Shown here: positions 47,942 through 58,355 of the stretch, piece after piece
Layout: the number at the start of each line of letters is the position of its first letter
Numbering within the stretch: the stretch's first letter is position 1
Assembly (NCBI GenBank): GCA_963771275.1
Contig: CAVYSW010000003.1
Span: forward strand, 128,001-192,000
DNA length: 64,000 nt
From: an uncultured Gemmatimonadales bacterium
GTDB taxonomy: Bacteria > Gemmatimonadota > Gemmatimonadetes > Gemmatimonadales > GWC2-71-9
Direction of reading: 5' to 3'
The notes under the pieces: generated by a model
What the model saw: only the letters and a program-made list of their open reading frames with translations
What the model was told of the DNA's origin: nothing
Database searches by the model: none
Program-made: the position numbers and the translations under genes

Positions 47942-50464
47942 TCACCCGCACTCGCTGAACCCGCACACATGGCACTTGACGCAGCCCTCGGCATACTCCA
48001 GCTGGGAGCCGCAGTCCGGGCACGCGCCGGCATGCTGCTCGGCGTCGGTGTAGGCCTCCACGGTGAATAGCTGCCCGTCCGGGCCGGCGACGTCCCCCTC
48101 GCGCGGGGTGGCGACGCCCTGCGGCGTGGGCCGCGGCGTCTCGAGCAGGTCCTGCTGCACCCCCTGCTTGTCGTGCATCCATCGCTCGATCGCGATGCCG
48201 ATGGCATCCGGCACCGAGAGCACCTTGCTGGGACCGAGGCCGGTGACCCGATCCGACGAGATGCCGCGCACCTGGCGGTGGATCTCGCCGATCGGGATGC
48301 CGGAACGCAGCGCCAGGGAGATCAGGCGTCCGATGGCCTCCACGTCCGCCATCAGCGCCCCCCCGGCCTTGCCGAGGCTCATGAACATCTCAAACGGCTG
48401 GCCGCGATCGTCTTCCGTGATCGTCACGTACAGCGTGCCGAGCGGCGTTTCGACGCGGCGGGTGGTGCCGCGCAGCAGCTCCGGCCGCGAGCGCTTCATG
48501 CGACGCTGCAGGTTCTCCGACTCCACCTCGTGGAGCTTCTTCCGCGTGAGCCCGAGCTCGGCCTCGAGCTCGGCGATCGTCGCCTTGAGATCCGCAAGCG
48601 CGCGGGCCTCTGCCGGGCCGGCCGTGCCGCCACGGGGCACCCCGGGGTTTCCCCCCGCCTGCTCCTGGACCTTCCTGGCCGTGCTGCCGGTCGAGAGGAC
48701 CTGCAGCTCGCGGCTGCCGTCGCGGTACACCGTGACGCCCTTGCAGCGCAGCGCGTAGGCCAACTCGTAGATCTTCCGGACGTCGTCCTCGGTGGCGTCG
48801 TGGGGAAAGTTGCAGGTCTTGCTGATCGCGCTGTCGGTGTGCTCCTGGAAGGCCGCCTGCATGCGGATGTGCCACTCGGGCGTGACGTCATGCGCCGTGA
48901 CGAACACCCGCTGCCACTTGGCCGGCACGACGTCGAAGTGGATGTGGCCTTCGGCGGCGATCTGTTGCACCAGCTCGTCCGAGTACCAGCCCTCGCGCTT
49001 GGCGATGGCGACGAAGTCCTCGTTCACGTCCGGCATCAGCACGCCGGCCTGGTTGCGCATGAACGCCACTGCAAACAGCGGCTCGATGCCCGACGAGCAG
49101 CTCGCGATGATCGAGATGGTCCCGGTGGGCGCCACCGTCGTGAGGTTGCAGTGACGCAGCGCCCGCATCGGGCGAATCCGGCCACCCTGCGCGTCCCGGG
49201 CGCAGCTCGCATCCGGCCCCCAAATGCTCTCGGCCCAGGCCGCGAACGTGCCGCGCCGCTCGGCCAGACGCTCGCTCTCGACCTTGGCCTCCTCATCCAC
49301 GAAACGCATCAGCTTGCGCCCGAGCTCCACCGCATCGACGGAGTCGTAGGGGATCCCGAGGCGCACGAGCAGGTCCGCCCAGCCCATCAGGCCGAGCCCC
49401 ACGCGCCGGATACGGTTCGCGAGGTCCGTGATCTCGCCGAGCGGGTACTTGTTCGCATCGATGACGTTGTCGAGGAAATGCGTGCACAGGTGCACGGCGC
49501 GGCGCAGCCCATCCCAATCGACGTCGCGGTTCGCCACGAACAGGCCGACGTTGATCGAGCCCAGGTTGCAGACGTCGTACGGCAGCAGTGGCTGCTCGCC
49601 GCACGGATTCGTCGCCTCGTAGCTCCCCAGCGCCGGGACCGGATTGTATCGGTTGGCCTCGTCGATGAAGAACACGCCCGGCTCGCCGGTCTTCCAGGCG
49701 CCGTGCACGATCCTGGCGAACACGTCACGGGCGTCGAGCTGGCCTGTGACCGCCTTGGTGCGCGGGTGGATCAGGTCGTAGGACGTCCCTGCCCTCACGG
49801 CCTGCATGAAGGCGTCCGTCACCGCCACCGAGATGTTGAAGTTGGTGATCTTGGAGATGTCGTCTTTGCAGGTGATGAACTCGAGGATGTCCGGGTGATC
49901 CACCCGCAGAATCCCCATGTTCGCCCCGCGGCGCGTTCCCCCCTGCTTGACGACGTCGGTGGACGCGTCGTACAGCGACATGAACGACACCGGCCCCGAC
50001 GCCACCCCCATCGTGGACCGGACCACGTCGTTCTTCGGCCGGAGCCGCGAGAAGCTGAAGCCGGTGCCGCCGCCGGACTGGTGCACCAGGGCCATGTTGC
50101 GCAACGTGTCGTAGATGCCGCTCCGGCCGTTGGACAGCGCGTCCTCGACGGGCAGCACGAAGCAGGCCGAGAGCTGCCCCAGCGGCCGCCCGGCGTTCAT
50201 CAACGTGGGACTGTTGGGTATCCAGACGCGGGTCGCCATCAACTCGTAGAACGTCTCGGCGAGCGCTTCCACGGCCTTCGGGCTGGCGCCGTACCGGGCG
50301 TCCGGCTCCGCCACCGCGCGGGCCACGCGCCAGAACAGGTCCTCCGGCTGCTCCGCCGGCTTGCCTTGCTCGTCCTTGATGAGGTAGCGCCGCGTGAGCA
50401 CGGTCACGGCGTTGTCGCTGAGTTGAAGCGGAACCCCCTTCGCGGAGTTGCCGGCAATGCTCAT
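47942..50464 (-). CDS. nrdJ: Class II (B12-dependent) ribonucleotide reductase
   Basis: PNSPTLMNAG, LSACF, ATNPCGEQPL, CNLGS, APTGTIS, TVYRDGSR; TSCPD domain and C-terminal zinc ribbon. Confidence 0.93.
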   Translation of the reverse strand: MSIAGNSAKGVPLQLSDNAVTVLTRRYLIKDEQGKPAEQPEDLFWRVARAVAEPDARYGASPKAVEALAETFYELMATRVWIPNSPTLMNAGRPLGQLSACFVLPVEDALSNGRSGIYDTLRNMALVHQSGGGTGFSFSRLRPKNDVVRSTMGVASGPVSFMSLYDASTDVVKQGGTRRGANMGILRVDHPDILEFITCKDDISKITNFNISVAVTDAFMQAVRAGTSYDLIHPRTKAVTGQLDARDVFARIVHGAWKTGEPGVFFIDEANRYNPVPALGSYEATNPCGEQPLLPYDVCNLGSINVGLFVANRDVDWDGLRRAVHLCTHFLDNVIDANKYPLGEITDLANRIRRVGLGLMGWADLLVRLGIPYDSVDAVELGRKLMRFVDEEAKVESERLAERRGTFAAWAESIWGPDASCARDAQGGRIRPMRALRHCNLTTVAPTGTISIIASCSSGIEPLFAVAFMRNQAGVLMPDVNEDFVAIAKREGWYSDELVQQIAAEGHIHFDVVPAKWQRVFVTAHDVTPEWHIRMQAAFQEHTDSAISKTCNFPHDATEDDVRKIYELAYALRCKGVTVYRDGSRELQVLSTGSTARKVQEQAGGNPGVPRGGTAGPAEARALADLKATIAELEAELGLTRKKLHEVESENLQRRMKRSRPELLRGTTRRVETPLGTLYVTITEDDRGQPFEMFMSLGKAGGALMADVEAIGRLISLALRSGIPIGEIHRQVRGISSDRVTGLGPSKVLSVPDAIGIAIERWMHDKQGVQQDLLETPRPTPQGVATPREGDVAGPDGQLFTVEAYTDAEQHAGACPDCGSQLEYAEGCVKCHVCGFSECG

Positions 50465-50656
50465 GGTGGACGTCCCCCCTGCGGACCGACTCGAAAGGCT
50501 GGCGAGCGGCGTTTCTCAGACCGAAAACTACTCACGAGGACGCGCCGCTGCGGTCACGACTCCGGAGCGGCGCGCGGGCACAAGGTAGAGATACTCGCGA
50601 GCCAACGCAAGACGGCTCAAACCCCCCCGCGCGGCGCGGGCTCCCGGCAATCAACA

Positions 50657-51172
50657 TCACAAACCTGTTGCCGGGCCGATCGGCGGCGGCGCGACCGCTC
50701 CGGCCCGATGACGTTGCGCCAGCGCGACGTAGTGCTGCCACGTGGTCCGGATTCGCGCGGTGAGCCGCGCGTCCACCGGCCGGATCACCCGGGCCGGCAC
50801 GCCCATCACGAGCGAGCGAGGCGGCACTCGCATTCCCTCGGGCAGCACCGCGCCGGCCGCGATCACCGATCCGGTGCCCACGTGCACGTGGTTCAGCAGG
50901 ATCGCCCCCATCCCCACCAACACCTCGTCCTCGATCGCGCAGCCATGGAGGATCGCCCGGTGTCCCACCCCCACGCGCCGCCCCACGACGCAGGGAACGT
51001 CTTCGTCCACGTGGACCATCGAGAGATCCTGGATGTTCGTCTGGTCACCGATCGCGATCGGCGCCATGTCGGCCCGCACGACGCACTGGTACCAGACGCT
51101 CGCCTGGGCACCGAGCGACACGTCGCCCAGCACGACAGCTCCGGGGGCGATGAACGCCTGCGGATGGATCAC
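50657..51172 (-). CDS. Gamma carbonic anhydrase family protein (YrdA-like)
   Basis: FIAPGAVVLGDV, IG..TNIQD..MVH, VGHRAILHGC; hexapeptide repeats. Confidence 0.9.
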   Translation of the reverse strand: MIHPQAFIAPGAVVLGDVSLGAQASVWYQCVVRADMAPIAIGDQTNIQDLSMVHVDEDVPCVVGRRVGVGHRAILHGCAIEDEVLVGMGAILLNHVHVGTGSVIAAGAVLPEGMRVPPRSLVMGVPARVIRPVDARLTARIRTTWQHYVALAQRHRAGAVAPPPIGPATGL

Positions 51173-51174
51173 GG

Positions 51175-53133
51175 TCAGCGACTCTGCGGGAAGAACCGGA
51201 ACACCCCCCAGGCTTCCACCGGCCGGCCGTTCTTGGTGGCCGGCTCGTAGCGCAGCCGGCGCGCGTGCCGCAGCGCCAGCGCCATGAAGGTCGGGTCCGG
51301 TGGGGTCCGGTTGCCCGGCGCCGACATCAGCGCCCGCCCCTCGACCGACACCCGCACCACGACCACCACCGGCTGAGGGGTTTGCGTCACCGACTCGTTG
51401 AGCGGCACGATCGCCTCGCCGAGCAGCCGCGGCGCAGTGTCGAAGCACAGGTGGCCGGCGTTGTATCCCGGCTGACCTGGTCGGTCGCATTGAGCCCCGG
51501 GCGCCGCAGCGCTGTCCCGCGGCGCCGGCGGGCGCGGTCGGGCAGCGGGCCGGCGCGGCGTCACGGGCGTCTCCGCCACGGCCGCACGGGTGAGCCTCGC
51601 GTCGACGAACGTCGATTCCGCCTTGCGAATCGTCACCAGGGAGGTGAAGGCGTTGTACCCCGCGGCCGTCACGCGCAGCCCGTAGGAGTTGAGCCCCAGA
51701 CCCAGAACGCTGTCCTGGTACGGGGTCTCCCCGATGAAGAACCGCGCTCCGGCCGGAGCACCCCGCACGACCAGCCAGCCCGTGTCCGGCAGCGCCGCGA
51801 GCCGTGCGGTCTCCACCTGCGCGATCGAATCGGCGCGGGCGGCGGAGTCGCCCGCCGCGAGCGCCGCCGAGTCGACGGGCGGCAGGGAGTCCGGGAGAGC
51901 GATCGTCAAGCTCGGCGGCTCCGCCTGGGACGCGTAGAACGCCCGATAGATGTAGTACCCGCCCACACCACCACCGCCCACCAGCACGGCCAGGCTTGCA
52001 ACGGCGAGCACCCCGCCGCGCCGGCGCCGCACCGGCGGCTCGGCCCGCGGCACGGGCGTGGTTGGGGTGGTCAGCCCGCTCGCGCGGCCGGCGGCGCCCG
52101 GCGGCGGCGGGACCGCGACGCGCGCCGCATCGTACGGCGCCATCGTGACCGTCGGGGCGGATTCGAGATCCTCGCCGAGCGAGGACAGCGACGGCCGCAT
52201 CTCGAGTTCCCGCACCAGATCCTCGGCGGTCTGGAACCGGTCCTCCGGCGCCTTGGCCATCATCCGCCGAATCACCACGAAGATGCGGCGCTGCTCGACG
52301 GTATCCAGCGCCGGCACCGGTAGCGCCTCCATGATGTGCTTGTAGCCGATCGAGAACGCGTCCTCGCCGTCGAACGGCACCTGGCCGACGAGGCACTGGT
52401 AGGCAACGACCCCCAGCGAGTAGAGGTCGCTCCGCCCATCGAGCGGCTGCGCGCGTGCCTGCTCCGGGCTCATGTAGTGCGGCGTCCCGATCGACATCCC
52501 CGTACCGGTCAGCCGCGTGCCCGACGCCGCCTTGGCAATGCCGAAGTCGGTCACCACGGCGTGGCCCAGCTCGTCGAACATGATGTTGTCGGGCTTCACG
52601 TCGCGGTGCACGATGCCGTGCTGGTGCGCGTAGCCGAGCGCGCGCGCGGCTTGGATCAGCAGGTCGCGGATTTCGGCCGGCGGCAGCCGTCCGCGCTGCG
52701 CGAGCCGCTCGGAGAGCGCCTGGCCCCGCAGCAGCTTCATCACGAAGTAGATGACGCGGGCGGCGCGGCCGACGCGATAGATCGGAATGATGTTGGGGTG
52801 CTCGAGCCGCGCCGCCGTCCGCGCCTCGCGCTGGAAGCGCTCGACGAACTCGGCGTCGAACGCGAGCGAGAACGGCAGGACCTTGAGCGCGACTTCCCGC
52901 TCGAGCTGCCGCTCCCGGGCGCGGAACACGATCGCCATCCCACCGCGCCCGAGCTCCTCGACGATCTCGTACTCGGCCGTGAGCGCGTCGCGAATGACGT
53001 CCACTTCGGTCCGCTCGCCGGAGGGCGCGGCACTGGGCGTCTTCACCGGCGTCGCCGTCGCGAGGTCCAGTCCGCACGACGGACAGAACCTCGCGGCGTC
53101 GTCAACCTGGTGACCGCACCGCGAACAGAACAC
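51175..53133 (-). CDS. Ser/Thr protein kinase: zinc ribbon, kinase, TM, PEGA-like, TonB-C-like
   Basis: LGRGGMA, VALK, HRDVKPDN, DFGIAK, GTPHYMSPEQ; TM near residue 375. Confidence 0.92.
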   Translation of the reverse strand: MFCSRCGHQVDDAARFCPSCGLDLATATPVKTPSAAPSGERTEVDVIRDALTAEYEIVEELGRGGMAIVFRARERQLEREVALKVLPFSLAFDAEFVERFQREARTAARLEHPNIIPIYRVGRAARVIYFVMKLLRGQALSERLAQRGRLPPAEIRDLLIQAARALGYAHQHGIVHRDVKPDNIMFDELGHAVVTDFGIAKAASGTRLTGTGMSIGTPHYMSPEQARAQPLDGRSDLYSLGVVAYQCLVGQVPFDGEDAFSIGYKHIMEALPVPALDTVEQRRIFVVIRRMMAKAPEDRFQTAEDLVRELEMRPSLSSLGEDLESAPTVTMAPYDAARVAVPPPPGAAGRASGLTTPTTPVPRAEPPVRRRRGGVLAVASLAVLVGGGGVGGYYIYRAFYASQAEPPSLTIALPDSLPPVDSAALAAGDSAARADSIAQVETARLAALPDTGWLVVRGAPAGARFFIGETPYQDSVLGLGLNSYGLRVTAAGYNAFTSLVTIRKAESTFVDARLTRAAVAETPVTPRRPAARPRPPAPRDSAAAPGAQCDRPGQPGYNAGHLCFDTAPRLLGEAIVPLNESVTQTPQPVVVVVRVSVEGRALMSAPGNRTPPDPTFMALALRHARRLRYEPATKNGRPVEAWGVFRFFPQSR

Positions 53134-53189
53134 GCGCGTTTCTCCTCGTACGGCGCAACTTGGGGAGGCCCTCTGGAAACCGCAATGGT

Positions 53190-55421
53190 CTAACGCGCCA
53201 CGACGCGGAACCGGACGTCTCGCCTGTGACGCACGTCACGGGAGGGGTCTTCGACGGTCAGCGAGAGCGTGTAGTCCCCCGGTCCGAGCGGCGCGAGGTT
53301 GACCGTCTGATGCGCGCGCATCGGGCGGGCGATCGTGAGGCCGTCGAACGAGAACGCCACCGGCGGCCGCCCCCCACCGAACAGGCGCCCGATGCGCGCG
53401 AAGATCGACGTGCGCGGGCGGCCGCGCACCTCGATCCGTGCCCGGTACGGCGTGCCGACCGGGAGTCCGTGCAGCTCGTAGTACAGCTCGAGGCTCGAGC
53501 CTTGCACATAGCTGCCCAGGGGACTGAGGTGCACCGTGTCATCCGCCGTCACCCAGCGCAGGCCGCCCCCGAGGTCGCCGAGCACCAGGTCCGAGATCAC
53601 GAGCCCGTCCGCGGCGAAGTCCGGGACCAGCACGCTGTCCACCTCCCCGAGGTCACCCGCCGATCCATCGGGGTCCATCAGCACCGCACGGAGGGTCCTG
53701 AGGCCCGGCTCGATCGGGACCTCCAGGTAGCCCGTCAGGTACTGATCGCCGCCCACCGGCTGGGCGGTGAGGAACAGGCGCGTCGTGTCGAGGAACACGG
53801 GTGGCGCGTCCCCCGCGCGCTGCACGAGCCGCAACTCCAGGGGGTACACCGTCTTGTCGCCGAGGGTGCGGGGAGCGAGCTGGGCGCCGGGCACGGCGAA
53901 CACGAACAGCAGCTGGGCGGTCGCCTCGGGACCGCCGACCACGTAGACCTGCGTGCGCGAGCGCAGCGGCTGGTCGAAGCGCAGCGGGAAGTCATCGGTG
54001 GTGGTCCCGACGCGGATGGCGCGGCGCCCGCGCCGTCGCTCGTTGGCGAGGTCGGTCTGCAACGCCGTCGCGCTGGTGGCGAGGCGGCGGTAGCTCGGGT
54101 CGAGCGCACCCCGGGATTCGAACAGGGCCGTGGCCCCCGGTGGCAGGCCGCGCCGTGCCTGCCACGAGACCGCCGCGCCGAACCCGTACACGTCGGCCAG
54201 GCTCTCGATCAGCTTGAAGTCCTGCACGTCGCCCTGCGCGACGAAGTGGAAGATCAGGTTGCCGCCCGCGCGCCGATACAGCCACGACTCGTTGGGCTCG
54301 ACATCGACGGAGATGTAGCGGGCTCGCTCGTCCGGCTCGCCGTGCCGGATGTAGATGACCCCGCGATCGTCCAGCAGGGTCTGGTCGCTGCGGTAGGGCT
54401 CGAGCGTGTACTGGCGGCGCGGGCTGGTGAGCCGGAACTGGCGCCACGCATAGAACAGCCGCCGATAGTGCTCGCCGATCCGCTCGCCGGATGCGCGACC
54501 GCTGGCCGCGTCGCGTCCCGCCCAGAACCGCGCGAGCCAGGTGGGGAGGTCGCCCGCGGCAAGCGCGTCGAACTGCGCCAGCTCCTCCGGCGTGGCGATC
54601 CAGCTCAGGTCCTCGCGGTAGCCCGACTGCGCCACCGAGTCGCGGACCCGCGCCGCGCCGGCGTAGTACGCCTCACGTCCCGCCCCGATGCGTCGCAGGA
54701 AGAACTGCGTGCGCGCCTGCTCGAGCAGCCCGAGCGCCGAGTCACCACCCACGGCGACGTAGGCTCGGAACCCGACGAGCGCCGAGTCGCCCTCGCCCAG
54801 GTCGCGCTCGACCCGGCCGCGGGCGAGCTGGACGGCCGCCACGGCCCCGGCCTCGGTGGCCACGGCGGCCCGCAGCGCGCTCTGCACGACCGCGAGGCGC
54901 TGGTGGATGCGCTGGCGTCGCGCGGTCTCGGCGAGGTCCACGACCGCGACCGCGAACGCCGGGTCCGCCGTCGCGGCGCGGGCGAAGGCGCGCGCGGCCT
55001 TGGACAACGCGTCCATGCCGAATGCCGCTTTGATGTTCTCGATCACCGCGCCGCCCTGCTCGCCAATGGCGAGCTCGGCAAGGCCGAGACCGTACCACGC
55101 ATGCGGCCAGGTGGGCTGCAACTCCCCCGCCCACTCGAACTCGCCCGCCGCATCGTCGAAGTGCTTGCGGCCTCCAGTCACCTCACCGAGGCGGAAGGCC
55201 AGGTACCCCAGCTCGAGGTGGATCAGGGCGTTGTCCCGATCCTGCTTGGCGCGCTCGATCCCGGCCTGCTCGCGCGCCAAGAGCACGGTCGAGTCCGAGA
55301 TCCCGGCGAATACCGCGCGCAGCGAGTCCAGCCACCCCCGCTCGGCGGGCGCCTGCGCGGACGCCGCTCGCCCGAGCACCACGAGCAGCACGACGGCGAT
55401 CGCAACACGCTTGAGCATCAC
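53190..55421 (-). CDS. Exported TPR + GWxTD-domain protein
   Basis: Signal peptide; ATPEE..F......FW..RD......EHY.RL.YA...DRGVIYIRHGEPD..ESW.Y. Confidence 0.78.
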   Translation of the reverse strand: MMLKRVAIAVVLLVVLGRAASAQAPAERGWLDSLRAVFAGISDSTVLLAREQAGIERAKQDRDNALIHLELGYLAFRLGEVTGGRKHFDDAAGEFEWAGELQPTWPHAWYGLGLAELAIGEQGGAVIENIKAAFGMDALSKAARAFARAATADPAFAVAVVDLAETARRQRIHQRLAVVQSALRAAVATEAGAVAAVQLARGRVERDLGEGDSALVGFRAYVAVGGDSALGLLEQARTQFFLRRIGAGREAYYAGAARVRDSVAQSGYREDLSWIATPEELAQFDALAAGDLPTWLARFWAGRDAASGRASGERIGEHYRRLFYAWRQFRLTSPRRQYTLEPYRSDQTLLDDRGVIYIRHGEPDERARYISVDVEPNESWLYRRAGGNLIFHFVAQGDVQDFKLIESLADVYGFGAAVSWQARRGLPPGATALFESRGALDPSYRRLATSATALQTDLANERRRGRRAIRVGTTTDDFPLRFDQPLRSRTQVYVVGGPEATAQLLFVFAVPGAQLAPRTLGDKTVYPLELRLVQRAGDAPPVFLDTTRLFLTAQPVGGDQYLTGYLEVPIEPGLRTLRAVLMDPDGSAGDLGEVDSVLVPDFAADGLVISDLVLGDLGGGLRWVTADDTVHLSPLGSYVQGSSLELYYELHGLPVGTPYRARIEVRGRPRTSIFARIGRLFGGGRPPVAFSFDGLTIARPMRAHQTVNLAPLGPGDYTLSLTVEDPSRDVRHRRDVRFRVVAR

Positions 55422-55529
55422 AGATTCCTACCCGACGCCGCGCACCCGGTTCAGCTCACGCCGGGGCGCCCGGGGATCGCCACCGCTCCGCTTGCGTGGA
55501 GCGCCGACGATGGGGAACGACCGGCATCG

Positions 55530-58355
55530 CTAGAACGCCGTCCCCAGCGCAATGTACCCGCGCACGTCGCCCCGGGCGGCTCCCAGCCCGTCCGCCAGCG
55601 CCACCGCGACGCCGGCCCGCGCGCGCACCACCACGTCGAACCCGGTGATCACGTCCGCCACCGCCTCTCCCCCGACGTCCCGGTAGGCCGCAGGCCTGGC
55701 GGGCTCGCCCTCGCGCCAGCCCCCACCGACCTCGCCGAAGGCGGTGAGCGAGACCCGATCAATGCCGAGCGGGAGCGCGAGCCAGGACCGGCCGACGAGC
55801 CACAGCGGCACGCGGAGCTCGAGAATCCCGATCGTCGCCCTGGTGAACCGCTCGCCGTTCGGCGGGTAGCCGCGCAGCGGGAACGCGCGGCGCCTCCCCA
55901 CCGACCAGCCGGGCCCGATCTCCCACGGCTCGCTCGACGTGCCGCCGAGCGCGTAGAGCGGCGCGCCCGGGCCCCACGTGGCACCCGCCCGGACCGTCCC
56001 CGCCAGCACCACCCGGGCGAACGCGCGCGGCGGGAGGGCGACGTAGCCCGCGGCCGAGGCCCGTCCCTCCGTTGACCACCTGGTGCCGCCGATCTCCCGG
56101 CGATACCGGAACGCGGCGGACAGGGCCGCGCCGTCTTCCGGCGAGATCGCGAGCGCGGGCCGGTGAGTGTGGCTCACGGCCACGCTGAGCACGCCGCCGG
56201 CGTACGTCGGAGCGGCGAACTGCGGCCCACCCGAGTCGAGCGCGATGACGCTGTTGCGTTCCACGACGCCGCCGACGCGCGCCGCGACCGCCGTTCGCCA
56301 GCGCCGCCAGCGCAGCGTGACCCCGCCGGCCAGCGCCCGCGCCCGTTCGCCGAGATCCACCGTGTCGCCGCTCCCGCGCACGTAGCGGCCGGCATCGCTC
56401 CAGGTCTGCGACAGCGACAGGTCGAGCGCGGCGCGCTGCCAGCGCTGGTGGGTCAGCCCCACAGCCATCTCCCAGCGCCCCGGTCCCGGCGCGACCTCGA
56501 TGCTCACGCCGTACTGCGTCCGGCCGATCGGGTCGGCGCCGCCGGTCGAGCCCCCCACGAACAGGCCCGTCGTCCGCTCATCGTGCAGCAACGGCACCCA
56601 GTAGCGCGGCACCAGCGCCGGCCACGGGTTGAACGCCGTTCCGCCCGTCAACGACACCCCCCCGGCCGGGGCGACGTCCGGCACGGCGCTCGCCGCGACG
56701 ACCGGAACGCCCGCGAGCGGGCCATCGCGCCGCACCACCGCGTATCCGTCGGGCAGCACGGTCTCGTACAGCAGCGCCCCGTCGGGGAGGAGCGCCGGCT
56801 CGCGCGCGCCCGCAGGCTCGTCCGTGAGCCGCACGAGCCGGCCGGTCGCGACGTCGTACCGCAGAATCTGCGGCACGGCGCCCTCGCCCCGCTCCGATGC
56901 GAACACGATGCCGGTTCCGTCAGGGCTCCACGCGGGATCGGCATCGAGCGCCGCGTCGTCCGTGACCGCACGCGCGGCCGTCGGGCTCCCGATCGGCCAG
57001 AGGACGATGTCCCACCGGCCCCCCAAGTGCCGGGCGGCGACGATGTGACCGCCATCGGGCGATACCGCCGCGCGGCCCCAGTCATCGGCGGGCGGCGCGG
57101 CGAACGGCTCGAAGCCCCCCGTCGCGTCAACCGCCCCCAGCTGCCGGCCCCCAGCATCGAGCCGCACGGCGCCGACTTTGCCCCCCGCCACCGCGAACGG
57201 CGCCCCGAGCCGCGCCCCACGCGTCACGCGCCGCCACGCGCCGTCGGGCCGCCAGGCGTACAGATCGCCGCGCACCGCGACCGGTGAGGTGAAGTCGAGC
57301 TGGGTGACCCACACCGTGTCGCCGGACCACGCGAGGTCCGCCTCACCCGTGATGCCGTGCGCGGCGAGCGTCGTGTCACCGCGGACCGTGCGGCGCACGA
57401 CGGCGGGCGCAGTCACGCCGTCGTCCCGCACGAACGCCATCTCGCGCCCGCCGGACGCCACCCGCAGGTGCGGCTCTTGGCGCAGGCCGCGCACCACGAT
57501 CGCGCCGGCCGGACCGGGCGCGACGGGCCGCGCGGCGTCCCGCAGCGCCACCCAGCCCTGCTCGACCGAATCACCGCCCACCAGGCGGAGCGGCCGCGTC
57601 GTCCCGAAGGCCCACAGCTGCGCCGCAGAGCGCTCGACGAACCGTGGGATGAGGGAATCGCCGAACCGCGCGGTCTCCCGGGTGAAGAAGCGCGAGCCCC
57701 ACGCGTACGGGCGCTGGCCGGCCGGCCAGACCGGGCTGCCGAACGTCGCGTCCCCCGGGCCGGGCCAGCGCGGCGACGGGGCAAGCGCGGTGAGGAGCTG
57801 CGTGTGGAGCCCGCCGCGCACCCGGCCGGCCGCCGTGAAGCGGGACTCGTAGTAGACCGCGAGCCCCTCGCTCACCCACGACGGCTGGTACGCGTTGGGG
57901 AACAGCCCGGGGTTCCGACCGAGGACGGCGCGCAGCACCCCCCAAATCCCGCGTGCGCGGTCGAGGTGGAACACGTGCACCAGCTCGTGCGTCGTGACGA
58001 GCCGGAGCCAGCTGTCGTAGTTGCCCAGCTCCGGGTCGGTCGCGGGAGCGGGGAGGTAGATGACGATGCGGTTGGACGGGAAGGTCGAGGTGAAGCCGTT
58101 GGAGAAGTCGACGTTGTCGAGCAGCGTGAGATCGATCCGGCCACGCGGCGCATGCAGCTCGCCGGCCAGGAGCGTCCACGCGCGCTCCGCCTCGGCGGCA
58201 AGCACTCGCGCCGGCGCCGCAAGCCGCGGCGGCGCGTGAATCCGGAAGTGGGGCGACGTCCACGTGCGCCACGCGCCGGACGGGTCCACCTGCGCGCACG
58301 CGGGGCGCACGATGAGCGCCAGTGCGAGCGCGGCGCCCGCCACCGGCCGGATCAC
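55530..58355 (-). CDS. Outer membrane protein: zincin peptidase-like domain, PD40 propeller, Omp85-like barrel
   Basis: HELVH plus W.SEGLA.Y.E; SPDG repeats; PLRGY; terminal LGTAF; GTGA overlap with the amidase. Confidence 0.75.
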   Translation of the reverse strand: MIRPVAGAALALALIVRPACAQVDPSGAWRTWTSPHFRIHAPPRLAAPARVLAAEAERAWTLLAGELHAPRGRIDLTLLDNVDFSNGFTSTFPSNRIVIYLPAPATDPELGNYDSWLRLVTTHELVHVFHLDRARGIWGVLRAVLGRNPGLFPNAYQPSWVSEGLAVYYESRFTAAGRVRGGLHTQLLTALAPSPRWPGPGDATFGSPVWPAGQRPYAWGSRFFTRETARFGDSLIPRFVERSAAQLWAFGTTRPLRLVGGDSVEQGWVALRDAARPVAPGPAGAIVVRGLRQEPHLRVASGGREMAFVRDDGVTAPAVVRRTVRGDTTLAAHGITGEADLAWSGDTVWVTQLDFTSPVAVRGDLYAWRPDGAWRRVTRGARLGAPFAVAGGKVGAVRLDAGGRQLGAVDATGGFEPFAAPPADDWGRAAVSPDGGHIVAARHLGGRWDIVLWPIGSPTAARAVTDDAALDADPAWSPDGTGIVFASERGEGAVPQILRYDVATGRLVRLTDEPAGAREPALLPDGALLYETVLPDGYAVVRRDGPLAGVPVVAASAVPDVAPAGGVSLTGGTAFNPWPALVPRYWVPLLHDERTTGLFVGGSTGGADPIGRTQYGVSIEVAPGPGRWEMAVGLTHQRWQRAALDLSLSQTWSDAGRYVRGSGDTVDLGERARALAGGVTLRWRRWRTAVAARVGGVVERNSVIALDSGGPQFAAPTYAGGVLSVAVSHTHRPALAISPEDGAALSAAFRYRREIGGTRWSTEGRASAAGYVALPPRAFARVVLAGTVRAGATWGPGAPLYALGGTSSEPWEIGPGWSVGRRRAFPLRGYPPNGERFTRATIGILELRVPLWLVGRSWLALPLGIDRVSLTAFGEVGGGWREGEPARPAAYRDVGGEAVADVITGFDVVVRARAGVAVALADGLGAARGDVRGYIALGTAF

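Noticed and set aside
47942..50464. Intein or intron in nrdJ
   Set aside because: Reading frame is continuous with no splicing motifs; the extra segment is a short coiled-coil linker.
50578..50593. NrdR box upstream of nrdJ (minus tatCTCTACCTTGTGc)
   Set aside because: Only about half the consensus positions match and no clear second box; needs a PWM scan.
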